Notes under the pieces: generated by a model
Database searches by the model: none
Told to the model about the DNA's origin: nothing
What the model saw: the letters and a program-made list of their open reading frames with translations, nothing else
Position numbers and translations under genes: made by a program
Shown here: positions 17,963 through 25,977 of the stretch, in pieces
Layout of the letters: every line of letters starts with the position of its first letter
How positions within the stretch are numbered: position 1 is the first letter of the stretch
Assembly (NCBI GenBank): GCA_964452145.1
Contig: CAYVLA010000025.1
Span: 1 to 34,962 of the forward strand
Direction of reading: 5' to 3'
DNA from: Candidatus Hadarchaeota archaeon
GTDB lineage: Archaea > CAYQAE01 > CAYVLA01
Length of the DNA: 34,962 nucleotides

Positions 17963-18706
17963 ATGTCCAGTTCCTCATATCTGCTCAGCGGGTTTGATTT
18001 CTCAGATGCGGTGGTGATGGATGCGGGGACCGGAGCGGGCATGACGACCCTGCTCCTTGCCAAGAAGGTCGCTGGCGCCGGGGGGAAGGGAAGAATCGTC
18101 AGCATCGACATGGACCCCACCGCGTTTGTCGAAGCCCGGCAGAAGCTCGGCAGCCTAGCAGGCCTTGTGCAGTTCGTTCAGGCCAACCTGACGAAGATGC
18201 CCCAGATCGGCTCAGGGTCCTTTGACATCGTCGTCTGCACGGGCACCCTATGCGCCACCAACGACCGGCCCTTGGGGGCAATGAGGGCGTTGGCCGAGTT
18301 CCACCGGGTGCTCAAGGAGGGGGGTCGGCTTGCCATCGGCGAGGAGTACCCCTTGCCCCGCGCGACCCGGCCCGAGGAGGAGTTACAGGCGCTGCGCTGG
18401 AACATCTACAAGGCCGTGGCAGAGTTGACGGGTAAGGGACACTACACGGAAATCTATCCGGAGGAGATGGAATTCGCGGCCTCCCTCGTCGGGTTCAAGG
18501 ACATCCGGTGGCAAAGGTTTGAAGGGGGACCGATCAGAAAACCTACGATGGATGAGTGGCGTGAGGTCATGATCTCGCTGGCCAAGCGCATATCGGACGG
18601 AAGGACTCGAGAGGCCTTCCTTGCCCTCGTGGCCTGCACCTACGCGCAGTACCTGATCTCGGGGGGAGGATGCCCGCCCACCTACATAATGAAGATGAGG
18701 AAGTAG
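17963..18706 (+). CDS. Class I SAM-dependent methyltransferase (UbiE-like)
   Basis: VMDAGTGAG, IVSIDMD, FVQANL, SFDIVV, ALAEFHRVLKEGGRL. Confidence 0.9.
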   Translation: MSSSSYLLSGFDFSDAVVMDAGTGAGMTTLLLAKKVAGAGGKGRIVSIDMDPTAFVEARQKLGSLAGLVQFVQANLTKMPQIGSGSFDIVVCTGTLCATNDRPLGAMRALAEFHRVLKEGGRLAIGEEYPLPRATRPEEELQALRWNIYKAVAELTGKGHYTEIYPEEMEFAASLVGFKDIRWQRFEGGPIRKPTMDEWREVMISLAKRISDGRTREAFLALVACTYAQYLISGGGCPPTYIMKMRK

Positions 18707-18767
18707 GCCGAACTGGCTGGGAGCCGACATCTACAACAAGGCCACTGTTGGACCGTTCTCAGGGGGG

Positions 18768-18777
18768 TTTGTTTTTT
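18768..18777 (+). terminator. Oligo-T tract, candidate archaeal terminator
   Basis: TTTGTTTTTT about 60 nt downstream of the methyltransferase stop; such tracts are rare in this GC-rich window. Confidence 0.45.
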
Positions 18778-19046
18778 AGAAGCGCGACCATGGCCAGGGA
18801 TTTCCCCCGGCCTGCGTACCTAGCAAAGATCTGACCAAGACGACAGTGACGTCAATGCGGTGTTCCGCGGCAAACCGCTGACGCCGAGTGGATGAAGAGT
18901 CCGTGGTGACAGCTGGTCGTCGTCCCTCGAGGAATGTGAGAACCTAGGGTTCTGCCCGGGGGGCGAATCCCTCGCACCCACGGGGCATGGGGATTTCGCG
19001 TTGGTTAACCTTGTATCTGGTCGTCATCTATGCATGGTTGACCAAG

Positions 19047-19352
19047 ATGGCAGAGTCTGTTCCGTCCCAAACCAAAGCTGATCTCCCGCTCCCGCCCAAG
19101 ATTGAAGGGCGCGGCCCCACGCTGGCAACCATGCATGAAATCGAGCGCATCCTGCGCGAAGCAGATGGGCCCATCAGCCTTAACGAGATCAAGCGCCGCA
19201 TGTCGGCGAAGGCCGTTCGGCATCGGACGGTGCGTCAGGTCACAAACGAGTTCCGCCGACTTGGGTTCGTTGCAGAGGGGTCGAAGGGGGTCGTATGGGT
19301 CCTGAACCCCTCGCCCAAACTCTGGGACAAGGCGCGTGTTCGCCGCCTCTAG
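19047..19352 (+). CDS. Small winged-helix protein, putative antitoxin/regulator of the downstream RelE-like toxin
   Basis: PTLATMHEIERILREADGPISLNEIKRRM..RHRTVRQVTNEFRRLGFVAEGSKGVVWV gives a wHTH pattern; 15 nt upstream of the RelE-like gene. ATG 19047 is preferred over 18987. Confidence 0.7.
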   Translation: MAESVPSQTKADLPLPPKIEGRGPTLATMHEIERILREADGPISLNEIKRRMSAKAVRHRTVRQVTNEFRRLGFVAEGSKGVVWVLNPSPKLWDKARVRRL

Positions 19353-19367
19353 CTTCGAGGACATTTC

Positions 19368-19964
19368 ATGCCCTACGAAGTATGGCTTTCAGAAGAGGCT
19401 GTTGAAGACCGAGATCGGCTCACCGAGGAACAGGATAGAAAACTCATCTGGTGGCGTAGTAGGCTTGCACGGGATGTCACCGTTGGGGACCCGATCCGCA
19501 AGCTGCTGATCCCTGTTGTGCTAAAGAGGGACTACGAAATCAACAACTTGTGGCGGCTTGAACTTCCAGAGGGAAGGAGGGTGCTGTACACCATCGCATC
19601 CCGGCCCACGGGAAGGCCCGAGGTTCTAGTACTGCGTAGCCGACGAGCCGCTACGGGCGCGAGTTGCGTGGCGAGGAGAGCGCGGCGCGTTCTACCGCCA
19701 GAACCGCTTGATCCCATCTCCCTCACGCGCAGTCCAGCCCCGCAATCTGCTTTGGCTACGCGCCCGGATACCGCCTTCGTCCCTGGACTCTGTCTCCCAA
19801 AGCGGCTGCTTGCTCTACGCACTCTCAAGCAGGCAAAACTCGGCCGAGATCCTGGTTGGGTAGGATGCTCCAGAATGAGACAGTCATTCCTATCACATGG
19901 CCGGTGCAGGTCTCTTCCCACCTTCAGCAGCTTGGCGGTTTGGACCATCTTCTTTATGAAATAG
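19368..19964 (+). pseudogene. RelE/ParE-superfamily toxin-like gene; homology ends at about 19637 and the ORF continues into unrelated sequence
   Basis: First 90 aa: YEVWLSEEAVEDRDRL..GDPIRKLLIP..YEINNLWRLELPEGRRVLYTI..EVLVLR. The expected terminal H-containing helix is missing and replaced by 108 aa of R/A/P/S-rich sequence; GAGG RBS. Confidence 0.65.
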
Positions 19965-20007
19965 AAGCACTCGATATTCATGACCTATTCCTTGGAGGTT
20001 GGAATCA

Positions 20008-20451
20008 ATGCCCGAGGAAGATATGAAGGGAGCTATCCGCGGGCTCAACGAAGCCCTCATGAAGATGGATCTGGAGAAGCTGGTCTCCCTATACGCGGAG
20101 GACGCGGTGCTGGTCACCCCCGAAGGCAGGTTCGAGGGAAAGCAGAAGATAAGACAGTACTGGAACTGGCAATTCGGGCTGGCATCAGAATTGAAGAGCA
20201 CGGAAACCGAGTTCCACATGATAGTTGAGGGAAACAAGCTCGCCACCGAACATATCATCGAAGCAACCATGAAGAACGGTATGAAGTGGAGTGCTCCCAT
20301 CTCGTGCCTGTACGAGTTCAGTGACGGGGCCATCAAGCTTCACAGGATGACATTCGACAGACTGACAATCGCCAAGCAAGCAGCCAAAGGATGGTTGCCG
20401 AAGAAGATCGTGAATTCCATCGTTGGCCAGATGGAGAAGGGACTACGCTAG
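20008..20451 (+). CDS. SnoaL-like / NTF2 family protein
   Basis: ALMKMDLEKLVSLYAEDAVL..FEGKQKIRQYW..IVEGNKLATE..LYEFSDGAI; GGAGGT RBS before ATG 20008. Confidence 0.88.
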   Translation: MPEEDMKGAIRGLNEALMKMDLEKLVSLYAEDAVLVTPEGRFEGKQKIRQYWNWQFGLASELKSTETEFHMIVEGNKLATEHIIEATMKNGMKWSAPISCLYEFSDGAIKLHRMTFDRLTIAKQAAKGWLPKKIVNSIVGQMEKGLR

Positions 20452-20860
20452 CCTTGTGAAGACCGGTACTCGGCACAAGTCCAGCCCCAAAGATCCACAG
20501 TGGTGTGGGTTCCCGGGTCGGCATCACCTATGAGTTATGACTTCGGCATACCCGCCACACGGCCAGGGCACGTCGCCTTACACGGTCTTGTCTTTGGAGC
20601 CGAGCCGACCAACCTGAGCGAAGGCCGGCATGGGGATGTGCCTGGAGATGACCGTCGAAAAGGGGCATCTTCAGTAGGCGGTCACCAACGATCATGCTCA
20701 AGGCTGTCCCTCCGCTTAACCGAAAGCCGCATGTCCCCTCAAGAGAAGGACCCGCACAGTCTCCAGGAGGCCGGGACAAGGCAGGACTCCTAGGGGGGAT
20801 ACCTACCTATCGATCGAGTCGATAAGAGCAGCTATCAATATCGAATGACCAGCAGTCGCC

Positions 20861-21919
20861 ATGGATACGACGAAGCTGACGGACACCTTGAAGATTGTGG
20901 CCAACGTTCACAGAGCCAACATCATGCGATGCCTCCACCTGCGGGGAAGACTGGGGTTCTCGGAGATGATGGAGCAACTAGGGCTTGACACAAAGGCCGA
21001 CTGCGGTACCTTTGGCTATCATCTGTCGGAGCTGCAGAGAAGCGGCGTCCTCCAGCGAGACAGGAAGGGATTCTACTCTTTGACCGAACTGGGCGAGAGG
21101 GTTTGGTCAGCGATGGAGCAGATCGACCAGAAGATAGGCCAGAACATACGCTCCCAGGGGGAGGAATCGGTGAGCATCACCAGATTCCGGGAAGAGGACA
21201 TTCCCGACGTTGTCAGATGGACCCATGAAGAGCAGGGCGATGACGCGCCTGTAGAGCTGGTGGAGGCCGTGATGAGGCATAACCACTTCGTGGATGGTCC
21301 CTTCGGAGACTTCCTCGGAGAAGAACTGAGGATGCACAGCTACATAGCCCGATCAGTCCCTGGCGGCGAGATCCTAGGCTGGATCGGTGGATACACCTAC
21401 TTCGACCCCTACGGAGGCGGATACCCACTCTACGGTGAGGAACGCCTCACACTATTCGTGAGAGAACCAGCCCTGGCATCAGGCTGCGACAAGGAACTGG
21501 TCTTCTCACTGCTCTTCAAGAAGATGACAAGCATCGCAGACAAGAATCGCTACAACCTCTGGTATGAGAGCTGGATCCAGGTGAACGAGAAGGAACACGA
21601 GCTGAAGACCTTCAAAGACCTAGGCCTACATCCCCATGTCTGGCCCAAGAGCAGAAGAGTCTGCTACCGTACACCTGACTGGATGACTGAACACACCCTC
21701 AGAAGACTAAAGGCAGAGGGATTCAACCCAGACCTCATCGACCTCGTAGGCACAACAGGCGCCTTCAGCAAGCAGAAGGCACAGACGTCCACTAAGATGG
21801 AGTCCCAACACCTTGAGGAACAGATCCAGAAGCTCCTTGAGAGAGGCATCATATCGGAACATGAGGAGGGCTGGGTACTGGCCGAGAAGTACCAGACACC
21901 GTACCTTGAGGCCCACTGA
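20861..21919 (+). CDS. ArsR-like winged-helix protein fused to a GNAT-like domain
   Basis: LKIVANVHRANIMRCL..LGFSEMMEQLGL..GTFGYHLSEL..GFYSLTELGERV (archaeal wHTH); ITRFREEDIPDVV..SYIAR..GEILGWI..FKDLGL (GNAT-like). Confidence 0.75.
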   Translation: MDTTKLTDTLKIVANVHRANIMRCLHLRGRLGFSEMMEQLGLDTKADCGTFGYHLSELQRSGVLQRDRKGFYSLTELGERVWSAMEQIDQKIGQNIRSQGEESVSITRFREEDIPDVVRWTHEEQGDDAPVELVEAVMRHNHFVDGPFGDFLGEELRMHSYIARSVPGGEILGWIGGYTYFDPYGGGYPLYGEERLTLFVREPALASGCDKELVFSLLFKKMTSIADKNRYNLWYESWIQVNEKEHELKTFKDLGLHPHVWPKSRRVCYRTPDWMTEHTLRRLKAEGFNPDLIDLVGTTGAFSKQKAQTSTKMESQHLEEQIQKLLERGIISEHEEGWVLAEKYQTPYLEAH

Positions 21920-22067
21920 GCTCAGACCTACAGAATGGTCCTCGCATTTTGCCCTGCACTCCCACACGGAATTCGCACACAGAACCAGATAGGTAGGGCA
22001 TATGACACATGACCTCGGAACTGATGCTCAGACATCACTCGCGGCATATCCCCCCAGATAGACGGTG

Positions 22068-22391
22068 ATCATTGAGTCGATCTACCTGCTTTCCCATGAT
22101 CGATGTGCAGGGACACGTCCTCTTCGCCAAACAGAAGCCACGAGCCCCCTCCTTGCCTCTTGGGGAAGGGAGGGATCACCTCTTCATCCCTGAGGGCGTT
22201 TATGGCTCCCTCGAAGCCAATGCTCAGGCTCCCCCTCGTGAAGATCCACCCAGATCTCCGGATCGTCGAACTTCCAGCCCCTCTGCTTCAACGTGGTCGA
22301 CTCGAAGGCCGACCTGAAAATCCTCGATATGGCCCTTGAGCACCTCGGCATAGTCCCTTGGGTGCTGCTGTGGTCTTCTCTTCGGAGCCAT
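22068..22391 (-). pseudogene. Possible frameshifted gene remnant downstream of the RyR gene
   Basis: ATG 22391 lies just after the RyR stop. Protein-like fragments occur in successive frames (MAPKRRPQQHPRDYAEVLKG / IFRSAFESTTLKQRGWKFDDPEIWVD / SLSIGFEGAINALRDEEVIPPFPK..SWLLFGEED). Confidence 0.25.
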
Positions 22392-22396
22392 TCCGT

Positions 22397-22663
22397 CTAG
22401 GAGCTCCTTCGGCTCTGGCGGACTATCGCGTAACCAAGGACGGCGAGGTCGGTCTCCAAGTTCCTGACGCCGGCCCTCTTGCTCTCCTTGGCCTCCTCGG
22501 AAAGCTCATCGTAGGGCACCATGCCGGGATTGCATTTGGCGCATCCGTGGCCGAAGTAGGAACAGTAGGAAGTCCTATGGTAACCCTGCCTCCGCATGGC
22601 GTCGAGCCAGTGCTCGTGTTCCTGTCTGGCGAGCTGTTCCACGTGCTGTTCCTTTATCCTCAT
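22397..22663 (-). CDS. Stand-alone RyR (ryanodine receptor repeat) domain protein
   Basis: VEQLARQEHEHW...RQGY...NPGMVPYDELSEEAKE..R....L..LGYAI matches the RyR repeat consensus (LA..EH..W...GW...HP.LVPY..L.E.EK...R); GAGG RBS. Confidence 0.8.
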   Translation of the reverse strand: MRIKEQHVEQLARQEHEHWLDAMRRQGYHRTSYCSYFGHGCAKCNPGMVPYDELSEEAKESKRAGVRNLETDLAVLGYAIVRQSRRSS

Positions 22664-22938
22664 CTGCCTCGGCTCTCGTCATGCAGCCTAGTGCTGGGTG
22701 TCTCACCTTGAAGCGGTGCCTTTTATCCTTTGAGGGACGGAGGCTTTGGAATCGAATTGATGAGCTTTGAAGCGTCCAGACGTCTTAGGATCGGCTGGCA
22801 AGTCGTGACCTACCACCAGCCACCCCCTCATCCTAGCAGCAACGGACGAGAAGCGACCGCCTGGCCCTGCATCAGGAGCAGTGGACGATTTCCGCCGCAA
22901 GGTTCCTCCGATCCGTTCTCACCTCGGTGCCATTCTCA

Positions 22939-22952
22939 GGAAATATTCATAA
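22939..22952 (+). promoter_or_regulatory. Candidate BRE/TATA element (GGAAATATTCATAA) for the MATE gene
   Basis: Purine run followed by an AT-rich box about 45 nt upstream of the inferred start. Confidence 0.35.
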
Positions 22953-22996
22953 CCTCCTCGTCTGCCGGGGCGTGAAGCCAATCGAGGGAGACGGAC

Positions 22997-24397
22997 ACGA
23001 GGCCCACAGGCGCTACGCCGGAGACCGATGGCGTCAGGACTCTTCTGGGGGACCCCAGAAAGGCGGTCATCAGACTGGCAACCCCGATGATGATCGCCAT
23101 GTCCGTCCAGACGCTCTACAACTTCGTCGATGCAATCTGGGTCTCTGGCTTGGGCCCCGACTCCCTTGCCGCGGTGGGGTTCGTCTTCCCCTTCTTCTTC
23201 ATGGCAACCGCCCTCTCTGCCGGCCTGGGCATAGGCAGCGCATCCGCGATATCCAGGAGGATAGGGGCGCACGACAAGGCCGGGGTGGACAACGTTGCCG
23301 TCCACACCATCCTCGTCATGCTTCTGGTGTCCAGCTCGTTGACGGTGCCCTTCCTGGTCTTCGCCCGCGCCATGTTCACAGGCATCGGGGCGGGCAGGAC
23401 TGTGGATATGGCCGTCTCCTACGCCAGGATAATCTTCGGCGCAATCACGATAATCTTCTTCAACAACATCGCTGGCGCCATGCTTCGCGGGGAGGGGGAT
23501 GCCCGCCGATCGATGTACGCAATCGTTTTTGGGGCCGTGGTCAACGTAATCCTGGATCCCATCTTCATCTACACCCTGGGGCTGGGAGTTGCGGGGGCAG
23601 CATGGGCAACGGTCATATCGATGTCCCTCACATCGATGCTGCTCTCAAGCTGGCTCTTCATCAGGAGGAACACCTATGTATCGATTCGGCTTAGCGGTTT
23701 CCGGTTTGATGCAAGCATTCTGAGAGACGTCCTGAGAGTGGGCCTTCCCGCCTCCATCATCCAGCTCGAGATGTCCATCATGATGCTGATCATGAACATC
23801 ATAACGGTCAGCGTCGGTGGCACCGATGGGGTGGCCATCTTTGCCGCGGGTTGGAGGGTCGTCACCCTCGGGACGATGCCTCTGCTGGGCATATCGACGG
23901 CGGTGGTATCCATCTCGGGTGCCTCGTTCGGAGCGCGGGACTACCTCAAGCTCGACACCGCCTACATGTACGCCATAAGGATCGGGTTGGCGATCGAGGT
24001 ATGCGTCGCCGCATTCACATTCCTGTTCGCCCCCCATATCACCGCTCTCTTCACGATGTCCGAGGAGGCGTGGAGGATACGTGAGGGCCTCATCGTCTTC
24101 CTCCGGACTGTCTGCATCTTCTATCCCGGGGTCGCCTTCGGGATGTTCTCCTCCGCGATGTTCCAAGGCATTGGTAGAGGGCTGTACGCGCTCATAATCA
24201 CGAGCCTGAGAACCGTCGTGCTGTCCCCGGCTCTGGGGATAGCCTTTTCCAGCATCCTTGGGTCGGGACTCCCCGGTGTGTGGCAGGGGATTGTGGTTGC
24301 GAACCTGATCGGTTCGGCCATCGGCTTCGCCTGGGGGAAGAGGCACATCGAGACGCTCAAGCGGACAGCCCCTCAGCCGGTTTCGGCGATGGGTTGA
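22997..24397 (+). CDS. MATE family efflux transporter
   Basis: QTLYNFVDAIWVSGLG..LAAVG, LRGEGDA..M, NVILDPIFIY.LGLGVAGAAWAT, GLP, FQGIG, GVWQG. The in-frame conserved N-terminus TDGVRTLLGDPRKAVIRLATPM precedes the first ATG (23087); start placed tentatively at ACG 22997 after GAGGGAG. Confidence 0.9.
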   Translation, partial: TRPTGATPETDGVRTLLGDPRKAVIRLATPMMIAMSVQTLYNFVDAIWVSGLGPDSLAAVGFVFPFFFMATALSAGLGIGSASAISRRIGAHDKAGVDNVAVHTILVMLLVSSSLTVPFLVFARAMFTGIGAGRTVDMAVSYARIIFGAITIIFFNNIAGAMLRGEGDARRSMYAIVFGAVVNVILDPIFIYTLGLGVAGAAWATVISMSLTSMLLSSWLFIRRNTYVSIRLSGFRFDASILRDVLRVGLPASIIQLEMSIMMLIMNIITVSVGGTDGVAIFAAGWRVVTLGTMPLLGISTAVVSISGASFGARDYLKLDTAYMYAIRIGLAIEVCVAAFTFLFAPHITALFTMSEEAWRIREGLIVFLRTVCIFYPGVAFGMFSSAMFQGIGRGLYALIITSLRTVVLSPALGIAFSSILGSGLPGVWQGIVVANLIGSAIGFAWGKRHIETLKRTAPQPVSAMG

Positions 24398-24445
24398 GAG
24401 AGCTCGACTCCACCGTTGACAGACCTGTGGGTCGGCGGGCGTCAA

Positions 24446-25966
24446 CTAACGAAAGGACATCTTCACCACCGACCCATCATCGAAATCGGGCGGCAGCAGA
24501 TAGCCGTTGCCAGTGGTCCTCTGCTTTCTCCCATTGACGACGACGGAGGGCCTTCGGCCAGCCTTCCAGGATATGTCCAGATGGAAGGCTTTGCCCGCGT
24601 AGGACAGCGGGATCATCGTTCTCAGATGCCTCATGCCCTCAAGTGCAAGCGGTTGCACCAGGAGGCCCTGATCGATCGGTCTTATTCCCAGGACGCCTTC
24701 GACCAATGGGGTGAACAGCGATCCGTAGTTGCCTATCTCGGGCGACCAGCTCAGATTGGAGGTCCCGTCGGGATAGATGTTGTTGTGGATGGTTCCTTCC
24801 CTTCGTTCGTACTCAACAATGGCTCTGTACATCTCCGTTGCCTTTGATCTGTGCCCCGAACGCAGGCGGGCCGCGGCGGCATGGGATCCAAGGGTCAGCC
24901 AGATGTCCCCATCGGTCACCGTGTGGCCATAGTTCATCCGGCGGGCCGAATCCCGGGGATTGTGGTTGGTCAAGACCGGGTAGGGGAGTTCGATCTCGGG
25001 ATGCAGGTCGAGATAGCGCCATATGCCGTCGGCTTGTCTCGGTGAGGCCACGTCCCAGAGGATCGAGAAGTAGTTGGCCGTGGACTCGAAGTACCGCTCT
25101 CCGTATGTCCGTTTCCCCGCTCCATCGTTTCCGTGGATGAAGAAGCCCTTGTCTGCCAGCCAGAAGCCTCCCTCATCCACCCCTGCGCAAAAATGGGACC
25201 TGATCTCCCTTCCTATGGCCTGGTATCTCTCACTCTGGGCATCCCTTCCGAAGATCGATTCCACTTGAACCAGCTGATCGAGGCATTGCACCATGCAGAC
25301 GTTGTTGTTCGAGTTGTCGGCATGCCAGTTCGTGTTCTCGGTCCAGTCACCCTCTATCCCGGATTCTATGAGCGCCGGGTTGTAGGCCGATCTGAGGTCG
25401 TCAAGTATGTAGTCGGTGCTGCGTTCAATCCTGGCCAGCTTGTCCAAGGTGAACCATTCCCTGTCACGGGTGTACAGGAAGAATTCCAGGATCATCTTGG
25501 CCCAGCAGATGATGTTGTCAAGACAGTAGTCCTCTCCGTGAATCCCCGAGTAGGTGCGGTACTCCACTCTCTCCTTGCCGTCGCAGTACCCTATCCTGCC
25601 GTCGGAGTCTATGAGGATTGCGTGTGGCAGCAGCCCCGTGCCCCTTTCGGTACGGTTCAAGCCCTCGTCAAAAGTGTTCCTCATGATGGAGTGAACCGAT
25701 TCGCCGACCAGCGGGGTCATATCGTGGATTCCGCACCAGGTGTTCCATCCCCATATGCCGACAGGTTTCCTCACACCGTTTCTGTCCGTATGAAGCTCGC
25801 AGAAACGCTCCCTGTGGGTTAGCTGGTTGAGGAATACTGTCTGAATAACCTGGTGGATGTGATCCAGCCATGCTGCCTCGGTTTCCAGGAAGACGGCCAT
25901 GCCCGGACGGGGCTTCGCCAATCCTTTAATGTGTGACAGCGCGGGGTGGAGCCGCACCTGACTCAA
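24446..25966 (-). CDS. Six-hairpin (alpha/alpha)6 glycosidase-like protein, family unassigned
   Basis: GLLPH, EFFLYTRDREW, EGDWTE, NVCMVQCL..L..FG....ERYQAIGREIRSHF..FW...GFF, ANYFSILWDVA, GDIW, VEGVLGIRP...LLVQP; TTG start 12 nt after the upstream stop. Confidence 0.7.
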   Translation of the reverse strand: MSQVRLHPALSHIKGLAKPRPGMAVFLETEAAWLDHIHQVIQTVFLNQLTHRERFCELHTDRNGVRKPVGIWGWNTWCGIHDMTPLVGESVHSIMRNTFDEGLNRTERGTGLLPHAILIDSDGRIGYCDGKERVEYRTYSGIHGEDYCLDNIICWAKMILEFFLYTRDREWFTLDKLARIERSTDYILDDLRSAYNPALIESGIEGDWTENTNWHADNSNNNVCMVQCLDQLVQVESIFGRDAQSERYQAIGREIRSHFCAGVDEGGFWLADKGFFIHGNDGAGKRTYGERYFESTANYFSILWDVASPRQADGIWRYLDLHPEIELPYPVLTNHNPRDSARRMNYGHTVTDGDIWLTLGSHAAAARLRSGHRSKATEMYRAIVEYERREGTIHNNIYPDGTSNLSWSPEIGNYGSLFTPLVEGVLGIRPIDQGLLVQPLALEGMRHLRTMIPLSYAGKAFHLDISWKAGRRPSVVVNGRKQRTTGNGYLLPPDFDDGSVVKMSFR

Positions 25967-25977
25967 GCCGGCATGCC

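Noticed and set aside
18402..18743. ACATCTACAA(CAA)GGCC inside and just after the methyltransferase gene
   Set aside because: Short and imperfect, with no larger duplication.
18878..18930. Possible hammerhead or C/D-box RNA (CTGACG..GATGAAGAGTCC..GAC)
   Set aside because: The core CUGAUGA/GAAA motifs and properly spaced C and D boxes are missing.
18938..18985. tRNA-like 3' end (CCCGGGGGGCGAATCCCTCGCACCCAC) as a possible att-site remnant
   Set aside because: The loop is GGCGAAT rather than TTCGAAT, the stem is imperfect, and there is no acceptor, D or anticodon arm or CCA.
18984..20637. 11-bp direct repeat GGCATGGGGAT (18984-18994 and 20627-20637) flanking the TA and SnoaL genes
   Set aside because: Many 11-bp matches are expected by chance in 35 kb of GC-rich DNA, and no recombinase is nearby.
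22973..22975. TGA read-through (selenocysteine or recoding) upstream of MATE
   Set aside because: The upstream frame runs into promoter-like sequence with no protein-like character, and TGA acts as a normal stop in many genes here.
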